The translations under genes and the position numbers were made by a program. A stretch of DNA of 32,000 bases from Ignicoccus islandicus DSM 13165. Lineage in GTDB: Archaea > Thermoproteota > Thermoprotei_A > Sulfolobales > Ignicoccaceae. The stretch covers positions 990,001 through 1,022,000 of the forward strand of contig NZ_CP006867.1 of the NCBI RefSeq assembly GCF_001481685.1. Reading direction: 5' to 3'. Positions within the stretch are counted from its first letter, which is position 1. Every line of letters begins with the position of its first letter. Under the pieces are notes generated by a model. The model was given only the letters and a program-made list of their open reading frames with translations, made no database searches and had not been told where the DNA came from. Shown here piece by piece: positions 8,641 to 15,783 of this stretch.

Positions 8641-9063
8641 ATGAAACACCTCTTCTATAACACCGTAATTTTCGCGATGATCGTCCTAGGTTCGACGATC
8701 CTCTGCAGAGCTTTCGGCCTTCTCGGCTTCCTATGGACGTTCTTCGTAGCTTACAGCCTATACTTCCAACTTAGGAAGGACCTTTGCACCAATTGTCCCT
8801 TTTACGGCAAGCCTTGTTTCTCCGGCTGGGGCCTCCTAGCTAGCAAGTTGTTCGAAAGGAATTCCGGTAATTTCGAGAGGGGTAGGAAGCTAGCTGCCAT
8901 CACTTGGGGTTCCTTCTTACTGCTCCCACCGACGATTTTAATATTGGTAGGGGATTTGTTCACCTTAATTCTATGGCTCCTCGCTAGCTTTTACGTATTT
9001 AGCGAATTTTACAACTTCCACAAGACGTGTCCGCTAAGGAGCAAGTGCGAAGGAAAGGGGTAA
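8641..9063 (+). CDS. Cys-rich polytopic membrane protein, unknown function
   Basis: There are about four hydrophobic helices, plus the motifs CTNCPFYGKPC and CPLRSKC. I prefer ATG 8641 (preceded by GGGAGG) over the track's TTG at 8587. Confidence 0.55.
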   Translation: MKHLFYNTVIFAMIVLGSTILCRAFGLLGFLWTFFVAYSLYFQLRKDLCTNCPFYGKPCFSGWGLLASKLFERNSGNFERGRKLAAITWGSFLLLPPTILILVGDLFTLILWLLASFYVFSEFYNFHKTCPLRSKCEGKG

Positions 9064-9128
9064 GCGTTAGTGAGTGTCCGTAATAGCTTATTAGAAGCGT
9101 ACGTAGGTGAACCTAAAGGGGAGGTCGA

Positions 9129-9428
9129 TTGTTCTGGGTAAAGCTTCACGAAATGGGAGTCTACAAAATGCTGACAGTGGTGGACGAAGAGTTAATGGGC
9201 GTTGAAGTGAGGGAGGGTGAGGCAGTTTTAAAAGTAGAGGAGAGCTTCTTCAAAGGCCACTTAACTGACGAGGAAGGCGTAGAGGGTCTCTTATGGAGGG
9301 CTTCAATCGTTTACTTCATTGGCGAAAGGGCAGTTGAGCTAGGCCTCAAGAACGGGTTAGTTCACCCTGAAGCGATAAAGAGAATAGGCTCCATACCTCA
9401 CGCCCAATCGTTCTCGTTAGAAATATGA
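9129..9428 (+). CDS. DUF424-family protein
   Basis: 99 aa. The N-terminus FWVKLHEMGVYKMLTVVDEELMG matches my recollection of the archaeal DUF424/COG2412 pattern (vKvh...g....avcDeELlG). Confidence 0.6.
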   Translation: MFWVKLHEMGVYKMLTVVDEELMGVEVREGEAVLKVEESFFKGHLTDEEGVEGLLWRASIVYFIGERAVELGLKNGLVHPEAIKRIGSIPHAQSFSLEI

Positions 9429-9430
9429 GG

Positions 9431-9753
9431 TGCCGAAGGCCGCTATAGCCCACCTTCTGTACTTCGGCGGCATTTGGCTAAGCGGTCCCCGGGTCCCCCT
9501 TCCGCGGCGAGGCATCGGGGGACCCCCTTGCTCCCCGGAGGACGGCCGTTTCAGCCCCGCTAGGCCTTCATGGATCCGGATATCCTTCCCGTCGCCGGGA
9601 AGGAGTTCTCCATCCTCTCTCTGGCCCGGGGGTCTCGTTTCTGTGCCGGAGCCCGGGCTCTCAACCCGGTCCCTCGCGGGACTCCGGTGCCGCGGGGAGG
9701 GTGGAGCTTCCTCAGGGCCTTCGCGGCCCCGTGGCCGCCAGCGGCCTTCGGCC
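9431..9753 (-). ncRNA. rnpB: RNase P RNA (archaeal type A-like)
   Basis: Reading the minus strand, the 13-bp P1 is GCCGAAGGCCGCU (9752-9740) paired with AGCGGCCUUCGGC (9444-9432). P2 is GGCGGC (9739-9734) paired with GCCGCC (9471-9466). P3 is a hairpin GGGGCC-GCGAA-GGCCCU. The CR-I-like string GAGGAAGCUCCACC lies at 9713-9700. The CR-V-like string ACAGAAGGUGGGCUAU lies at 9460-9445. P4 forms as AGC[U]CCACC / GGUGGGCU with the universal bulged U. GGAGCAAGG and CUGAAAC strings and two GCGA tetraloop hairpins are also present. The segment is visibly far more G+C-rich than its flanks. Confidence 0.85.
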
Positions 9754-9811
9754 AGTAAACTTTAGGAACGTGAGGGAAATTAATTTGGAGGCTCGCTCAC
9801 GTTAGCACAAG

Positions 9812-10153
9812 TCATCCCTCTCGCGAGGTCTCTGACACACCGCCCCGCTCATTGCGCCTCTTCCATTCCTCTATCATCTCCTTCACTTCCTTTAAGGCGT
9901 CTTCGTATTCTAACTGAAACTCTTCCGCAGGCTTAGGGAGCTTGGCAGTAAGGGCTACGAATCCCAGAGCTAAACCAAAAGCTATCCAAGGCAACGATAT
10001 TAGCGTTACCAAAACCTTCAAGCCCGTTCCGAATAGTAAGTAAGATACTAACGAGCCTATGGCTAGCATTGAATACAATAAAGAGATTAGCCCTATTGCA
10101 ATTAACTTAGCCGATCTCCTGTAGGGCCTCTCTATCAAGTCTAGCTCCATCAA
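9812..10153 (-). CDS. Small membrane protein, unknown function
   Basis: 113 aa with two or three hydrophobic helices and a charged C-terminal tail. I recognise no family motif. Confidence 0.45.
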   Translation of the reverse strand: MMELDLIERPYRRSAKLIAIGLISLLYSMLAIGSLVSYLLFGTGLKVLVTLISLPWIAFGLALGFVALTAKLPKPAEEFQLEYEDALKEVKEMIEEWKRRNERGGVSETSREG

Positions 10154-10209
10154 TACAACGGGCCCAACTTAATATTACCTTTAAGTCTACGAAGGCAGGC
10201 GAACGGATC

Positions 10210-10776
10210 TTGATGACCGTTGACGGGTACGTGAAGCTGAGGACTAACTCGAAGTTCAGGTTTAAGTGTACTAGGAAGGCGAACTGCTGTAGAGGCGGAC
10301 CCAACGTATCGCTAACGGTTTTCGACGTAATAAGGATAGCCAAGTACTTAGGCAAGCACTGGAGCGAAATAATACCGACATACGTGAAGGTGATAATAGC
10401 CGACGTCGTTCCCTTCTTAGCCTTAAGGGGAATAAGGAACGAGTGCGTATTCCTAAGGAAGGGGGAGAACGGTTACGAATGCGAAATATATCCCGTTAGA
10501 CCCATGAGGTGCAGGCTATACCCATTGATTCCCTCTGCCCCAGGTTCCGATGTGGTCTACTTAGATCCCAAGTGTCCGGGAGTGGGCAGCGGCCCGGAGA
10601 GGGAGGTCCCTAAGGAGACCTTAGAAAAGTACTACGAGGAGGTGAGGATACATTATAAACTAATAATGGAAAAAATCTTGGAGAAAGGGTTGGAACCAAG
10701 GGAGGCGTTAGAAGAGGTATTGGACGAGCTCTGGGAAGAAGTGAAGGTAGAAGCTCCAGAGGGATTGCCTCCCTAG
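10210..10776 (+). CDS. YkgJ/UPF0153-family putative Zn/Fe-chelating (CxxCxxCC-type) protein
   Basis: 188 aa. The segments FKCTRKANCCRGGPNVSLTVFDVIRIAKYLG and ECVFLRKGENGYECEIYPVRPMRCRLYP follow the COG0727 family pattern. Confidence 0.7.
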   Translation: MMTVDGYVKLRTNSKFRFKCTRKANCCRGGPNVSLTVFDVIRIAKYLGKHWSEIIPTYVKVIIADVVPFLALRGIRNECVFLRKGENGYECEIYPVRPMRCRLYPLIPSAPGSDVVYLDPKCPGVGSGPEREVPKETLEKYYEEVRIHYKLIMEKILEKGLEPREALEEVLDELWEEVKVEAPEGLPP

Positions 10777-11351
10777 ATCCCTAAAGCGTTCTTAAAGATA
10801 ATTCTAAGCTTCTCCCCATCTATTATTGCGTACCAGCCTTCCTCTAGGCTACCCGAATTAATTACGATCGTTCTCCCCAATTTGTCCCATCCCCTAGCTT
10901 CGTGTACGTGACCGCAGTGAACGACCAGAGGTTCCTTCTCCTCTACGAGTTTCCTAACGCTATTTGACCCGATGTGGTTACCGGTCCAAGCCAGATCTAC
11001 TACGCCCTTGGGCGGGTAATGCGTTAGGAGCACATCGAACTCCTCTCCAATTAGCTTCTTCAGTGAAGTTCTAGGGTCTTGACCTGAGACGCCAGCGAAC
11101 TTAAGTCCTCTGAACGTTACTACCTTGTTCTCAACGCTCATGCCAGTGTCTTCCAAGTAATCAGCTATCTGGGGATCGTCCGAGTTGCCGGTTACTGCCA
11201 ATACCTTAGCCTTAGCCTTGCTCAATTTCTCAGCTGTACTTAAGCATTCGAAGTCTCCGGTTGCTACTACTAAATCGTACTCTTCATCCTCCAGTACTTT
11301 CTCTAAGAGTTCATCGTAACAGTGCACGTCGCTTACGTGTAATACCTTCAA
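10773..11351 (-). CDS. Calcineurin-like metallophosphoesterase (MJ0936/YfcE-like)
   Basis: 192 aa. The motifs occur in canonical order: HVSDVHC (DxH), TGDF (GD), TGNSDD (GNxD), and HCGHVHEARG (GHxH). Confidence 0.85.
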   Translation of the reverse strand: MKVLHVSDVHCYDELLEKVLEDEEYDLVVATGDFECLSTAEKLSKAKAKVLAVTGNSDDPQIADYLEDTGMSVENKVVTFRGLKFAGVSGQDPRTSLKKLIGEEFDVLLTHYPPKGVVDLAWTGNHIGSNSVRKLVEEKEPLVVHCGHVHEARGWDKLGRTIVINSGSLEEGWYAIIDGEKLRIIFKNALGI

Positions 11352-11400
11352 GAGTCACCTCCCATGTTGCCCTGCTATCGAAGTAAAAGTTTCTTAGGTA

Positions 11401-12621
11401 ATGCGTGACGGTTCTCTAAGGTGCTGTACCTTAAGAGGCGGTTGGGACTTCAATCAAAAGCCCCTCCTAGTTTTCTGGGAGACAACTAAGGCTTGCAAGC
11501 TAGTTTGCAAGCACTGTAGGGCTGAGGCAATAGAGAAACCTTTGCCGGACGAGCTAACCACCGAGGAAGGCAAGAGGTTCATAGATCAAATAACTGAGTT
11601 CGGTAGCCCATACCCGCACTTGATAATGACTGGCGGAGACGTCCTCATGAGGAAGGATTTCTGGGAGCTAGCTCAATACAGTATATCCAAGGGAATTAGA
11701 ACTCTAGTTGCGCCTAGCGTAACGCCGTTATTGACAGAAGAGAAAATCAAGAGGATGAAGGAAATTGGAATAATTGGTATGAGTTTGAGCTTGGATGGAG
11801 CTAGACCGGAAGTTCACGACGAAATTAGGGGAATACCGGGAATATTCAATAGAACCGTTGAGGTAATGAAGTTCGTTAAGAGTATTGGTATGTTCTTGCA
11901 AATAAATACTGTTGTTATGAAGCCTACCATCAACGACTTGCCCGACGTTTTCAAGCTAATATACGACGTCGGAGTGGACGCTTGGGAAGTGTTCTTCCTA
12001 ATACCGACCGGAAGGGCCGGAGAGGAATTAGATTTAACGCCGGAAGAGTATTGGGACGTAGTTAACTTCCTTTACGACGCATCAAAGTACGGAAAGGTAA
12101 CTATAAGGACGACTGAAGCGCCGTTCTACAGAGTGGTCTACCGTCTCAGGGTGGTAATGGACGAAATGGGGAAAGACGTGAGCGAAATCGGGGTTGGCGA
12201 GTTGTACTATAAATTGAGAAGCAGGTTAGAAGAGGTCATGGGTCCGATCCCCAAGGAGCCTCCTAAGCAAAAGAGGGCGCCTTCCGCATACACTAGGGAC
12301 GGCTACGGAATAATTTTCGTTGCTTACAACGGCGACGTCTATCCTTCCGGGTTCCTACCCTACAAGGTGGGCAACGTTAGGGAAAGGAGCTTGAAAGACA
12401 TATACCTCAATAGTGACGCACTGAAGAGAATAAGGGATTGGAGGAACTTCAAGTCTCCTTGCGGAACTTGCGAGTTCGGTTTCATGTGCGGTGGAAGTAG
12501 GGCTAGAGCCTACGCGTACCAGAAGGATCCATTCGGTAGCGATCCGGCGTGTCTATACCCGAAAATAAGGGAGAAGTTGAACTCAATCATAGAAACGGCG
12601 TTGCAATTCAGCTCCAAATGA
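11401..12621 (+). CDS. Radical SAM enzyme with a C-terminal SPASM/twitch-like Cys cluster (NirJ/AhbC/AhbD-like)
   Basis: 406 aa. The N-terminal region reads FNQKPLLVFWETTKACKLVCKHCRAEA and contains the CX3CX2C motif. The C-terminal cluster is CGTCEFGFMCGGSRARAYAYQKDPFGSDPACLYP. Confidence 0.85.
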   Translation: MRDGSLRCCTLRGGWDFNQKPLLVFWETTKACKLVCKHCRAEAIEKPLPDELTTEEGKRFIDQITEFGSPYPHLIMTGGDVLMRKDFWELAQYSISKGIRTLVAPSVTPLLTEEKIKRMKEIGIIGMSLSLDGARPEVHDEIRGIPGIFNRTVEVMKFVKSIGMFLQINTVVMKPTINDLPDVFKLIYDVGVDAWEVFFLIPTGRAGEELDLTPEEYWDVVNFLYDASKYGKVTIRTTEAPFYRVVYRLRVVMDEMGKDVSEIGVGELYYKLRSRLEEVMGPIPKEPPKQKRAPSAYTRDGYGIIFVAYNGDVYPSGFLPYKVGNVRERSLKDIYLNSDALKRIRDWRNFKSPCGTCEFGFMCGGSRARAYAYQKDPFGSDPACLYPKIREKLNSIIETALQFSSK

Positions 12622-13879
12622 GATAGTAAATTAAGACCGCTGGCCCGAGGGCGAAGATCGTATAGAACAAGCCTAACTTCACGAACCTTCTAAATGGAAC
12701 TCTGTACCCAGCTTCCGCCAGTAATTGAACTGCCGCTACGTTAGTAGACGTGCCAAAGTAGGTCACGTTTCCTCCAAGGGTCGCTCCTAAGAGGAGCGCA
12801 AGTAATAGCTTGAACCAGTATATGTGACAGTGATCGCTCAAGCTCTCGATTACCGGGAACATTGCTAATAGGTAAGGAACGTTATCCATCACGCTCGAAA
12901 TTATTACCGATACGATTATTATGGATGAGGTTATAACGAAGTAATCGCAACCCAAGCACTCCTTAAGGACGTTTGCGACTACCTTCATCACTCCGCTGTC
13001 TTCGAGCGCGCCCACTAGAACGAACAGGCCAGCTAAGAACAAGAGGAGCTTCCACTCAACGCTTTGCAACGAGAACTTGAGATCCTCTAGGCTCCTCCTA
13101 TAAAGCAGTATTATCGCTACCGCTACCAGAGCCGCTGGCGCTAGTCCTATCCCCAACACTTTCCTTATTGATAGCAAGAATATTTTCACGCCTAGCGCTG
13201 TGAGGGATACCTTCGCCAAATCGCTATCCGTTACACCCTTGAGCTTCCTTAACGCGCTTTCGAAGTCCACCGTATCTTTCAAGAAGGCGTAAGAGAACGA
13301 TAACGTCGAGACAATTAGGCCTACTAAAACCATCCAGAATATAGAAGGCTTCCCGTCCTTTACTATGAAGTCTATGAAGTCTAAATTGAAGTAGCTCGCA
13401 GCTAGAGCGCTTTGGGGATCCCCTACTAGCAAAGCAGCACCGCCCAAGTTGGAAGCGAAGGCCACTACTAGCAGTAGAGGAACGGCGTCTATTTCGGAAT
13501 ACCTGGCGATCGAGAAGACTACTGGAGCCAACATTATGAGGGTGGTAACGTTTTCTATAAAAAGCGATATCACTCCAGAGGTTAGGCCTAAGAGGGCGCC
13601 CAGCTTCCTTAAATCGCCCTTACTAACCTCTAGGGCTCTCTTGGCAACCTCTTCAGTAATTCCGGACTTACTTAAGTAAGCCGAAACTACGCACGCTCCC
13701 CCAATGAGTCCCAGTACGTCCAGATTGAGGTAGTCGATGACGCTGTTCAAGTTAACTAAGCCTAACGCTATTGCAATGGCGGCTGATGCCAGGGAAACCA
13801 AGTACCTCTTCTCTTCTCTCGTAAGAACGAGTATTGCTATTGTAGTTACGAACAAGGCCGAGGCGATTACTTCCCTCAA
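12608..13879 (-). CDS. ArsB/NhaD-superfamily (CitMHS-like) ion/anion permease
   Basis: 423 aa, with more than 10 predicted helices. The composition and length are typical of arsenite/anion permease-like transporters. The substrate cannot be inferred. Confidence 0.7.
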   Translation of the reverse strand: MREVIASALFVTTIAILVLTREEKRYLVSLASAAIAIALGLVNLNSVIDYLNLDVLGLIGGACVVSAYLSKSGITEEVAKRALEVSKGDLRKLGALLGLTSGVISLFIENVTTLIMLAPVVFSIARYSEIDAVPLLLVVAFASNLGGAALLVGDPQSALAASYFNLDFIDFIVKDGKPSIFWMVLVGLIVSTLSFSYAFLKDTVDFESALRKLKGVTDSDLAKVSLTALGVKIFLLSIRKVLGIGLAPAALVAVAIILLYRRSLEDLKFSLQSVEWKLLLFLAGLFVLVGALEDSGVMKVVANVLKECLGCDYFVITSSIIIVSVIISSVMDNVPYLLAMFPVIESLSDHCHIYWFKLLLALLLGATLGGNVTYFGTSTNVAAVQLLAEAGYRVPFRRFVKLGLFYTIFALGPAVLIYYLIWS

Positions 13880-14033
13880 TACAACCTTCCCGTCCTCTCT
13901 CGCTGAAAGGACTTAATCAGTGAAGTTTCGTCGCGTTTGCACTTCTAATTAACTTAATGCATTGGACTCGCGTTCTCCATTTATTACCTATTTTTAAGTA
14001 AGTTTTAATCTACGTATCAACGGAAGATGAAGT

Positions 14034-14339
14034 ATGGGGAAATGCCCTTATGCGAAGCCTTCGTTCTTGGGCGTTAGGTGCGAAGTGATAAGCAATGTGG
14101 TGAACCCAGCGAAACATAACTGCCTAAACGATAAGTACGTTGAGTGCGAGATATTCAAGAAAAGGGACGAGTTCTTGGGGGAGCGACAAGGAAAGGGGAC
14201 TCGAGGAGGCAAGCCGGATTGCAGGAGATGCTTGTTCTATTCCGAGCTCACTGGTAGGTGCGTGAAGTTGGGCGTGAAGGTTGAGGACCCAACCAAACCA
14301 CCTTGTAAGGGGAAGGAGTTCAAGGAAGCGACTCAATGA
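14034..14339 (+). CDS. Small Cys-rich protein, unknown function
   Basis: 101 aa with 9 Cys in two modules (CPYAKPSFLGVRCEV...HNCLNDKYVECEIF and CRRCLFYSELTGRCVKLG...PPCKG). A TATA-like ctatttttaag lies about 35 nt upstream. The 3' end overlaps aroC by 20 nt. Confidence 0.45.
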   Translation: MGKCPYAKPSFLGVRCEVISNVVNPAKHNCLNDKYVECEIFKKRDEFLGERQGKGTRGGKPDCRRCLFYSELTGRCVKLGVKVEDPTKPPCKGKEFKEATQ

Positions 14340-15495
14340 ATTCCTTCGCGTCTCTAGGTAAGTAGTCTGAGTATAGCTCCCAAGTCCTCTGGCAGTTGTA
14401 GTTCCATTCTATTCTATTGGGATGTATGTACCCGGCCCTTATTGCGTGATCAACCAAAGTTACAGCGACCATCGCCTCTGTGACGGCAACTGCCCTTAGC
14501 ACTATAGCTGGGTCGTGTCTTCCGGGAACCTTCAGTTCCTCTTCCTCCAACGTATTTACGTTAACAGTCTTTACGGGAATCATTATAGACGAGGTGGGCT
14601 TGAAGGCAACTTTAACCCTAACGTCTCCACCGACGCTTATTCCGCCTAACACCCCACCGGACCTTTGGCCTTCAGTAACTATATCGCCTTCAGAGGTAAC
14701 GAACGGGTCCCTTGCCTCGCTTCCCCTCAGCTTCGCTAACTGAAAACCTTCGCCTAGTTCGAATCCTACTGCGGCCGGTATGGAAAGCAAAGCCTTAGCT
14801 AGATCCGCCTTCAGCTTATCGAACACGGGTTCGCCCAAGCCCGGAGGTACCCTCCAAGCGACTACCTCGACCACTCCTCCAACGGAGTCCCTTTCCTCCA
14901 ATGCCTTCCTAATTACTTCTTCGGCCTTATCGTCGCCTTCAATTACCCTAAACGGGGATAACCTGGCTCTAAGCCCCTCTTCTACGTCCCTAGCCCTCGG
15001 GAATTCCCTTCCACCTAGCTCTATCACGTTCCCCGTAACGACTACCCCCAAGCAAGAGAGGAGTTTCTTCGCTATTGCTCCGCCTATCACTCTACCAAGG
15101 GTTTCCCTTCCGGAGGCCCTTCCCCCTCCTCTGTAATCCCAGTTCTCGTAACCGTATTTCTTGATGTAGGTTAAATCGGCGTGCCCAGGCCTAGGGGTTT
15201 CCTTAATGGTCTCGTAGTAGTCAGATACGACGTCCTTGTTGAAAACTACGACTGAAATAGGGGTACCGGTGGTCCTTCCATTGAAGACCCCGCTCAAGAT
15301 CTGGGGGAGGTCCGGTTCCCTTCTAGGCGTAGTATACTTCCTTCCGGGTCTCCTTAGAACCATTTCTACTAATAGATCCTTCTCATTAAGGGGTAGGCCA
15401 GCTGGGCACCCATCTATAACGGCGCCTAGCGCTTTCCCGTGGCTCTCTCCCCACGTGGTTAAAACGAATGCCTTACCGAACGAATTACCGGCCAC
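14320..15495 (-). CDS. aroC: Chorismate synthase
   Basis: 391 aa. The N-terminus NSFGKAFVLTTWGESHGKALGAVIDGCPAGL, together with RPGHADLTY and GRHDPAIVLRAV, are hallmark AroC motifs. Confidence 0.95.
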   Translation of the reverse strand: MAGNSFGKAFVLTTWGESHGKALGAVIDGCPAGLPLNEKDLLVEMVLRRPGRKYTTPRREPDLPQILSGVFNGRTTGTPISVVVFNKDVVSDYYETIKETPRPGHADLTYIKKYGYENWDYRGGGRASGRETLGRVIGGAIAKKLLSCLGVVVTGNVIELGGREFPRARDVEEGLRARLSPFRVIEGDDKAEEVIRKALEERDSVGGVVEVVAWRVPPGLGEPVFDKLKADLAKALLSIPAAVGFELGEGFQLAKLRGSEARDPFVTSEGDIVTEGQRSGGVLGGISVGGDVRVKVAFKPTSSIMIPVKTVNVNTLEEEELKVPGRHDPAIVLRAVAVTEAMVAVTLVDHAIRAGYIHPNRIEWNYNCQRTWELYSDYLPRDAKEFIESLP

Positions 15496-15783
15496 TTCGC
15501 TTGTCCTTAACTCCGTTATCGAAAATGGATTAAAAATTACCTTCCACTGAGTATGGCCTCAGTTAAGTAGAAGTCCATTTCCTCCATCTCGTTTTCCTTA
15601 AGGAACTCCTCATACTTCTGTACAGATACAGCTATCACTTCTTACACCCAATATAATTAGGGCCTAGGGGTTAAAGGGTGTGTGTCTGAAACACCTTTGT
15701 ACTATAGTCGAAATGTATCATTCGAGAATCCGCTCTTCCACTAAATTACCCTTTATCTGTCCGAAATCTTAGAGTGAAGTGAA

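Noticed and set aside
9431-9753. SRP (7S) RNA as the identity of the GC-rich island.
   Set aside because: No helix-8 signature (…GGAA-GGGAGCA… with a matching 5' strand) or Alu-domain UGUNR arrangement could be built on either strand. By contrast, CR-I/CR-V strings and the P1/P2/P3/P4 pseudoknot topology fit RNase P RNA on the minus strand.
9430-9765. Plus-strand ORFs 9430-9765 (111 aa) and 9570-9758 (62 aa) as protein-coding genes.
   Set aside because: The translations are low-complexity Pro/Gly/Arg/Ser strings produced by a G+C-rich structural RNA. The region folds as RNase P RNA on the opposite strand.
10208-10245. TGATGA ... CTGA strings suggestive of a C/D box sRNA.
   Set aside because: The C-to-D' spacing of about 20 nt is wrong for archaeal C/D guides. 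No second C'/D pair or terminal stem is present, and the sequence is the start of the YkgJ-like CDS.
15537-15638. A 33-codon minus-strand ORF (GTG start; MIAVSVQKYEEFLKENEMEEMDFYLTEAILSGR) upstream of aroC, reminiscent of the C-terminal half of Phd/YefM-type antitoxins.
   Set aside because: It is too short to contain the DNA-binding N-terminal half, and no adjacent toxin ORF exists. The resemblance rests on a few residues (YEEF/L.E), so it cannot be supported as a gene from sequence alone.
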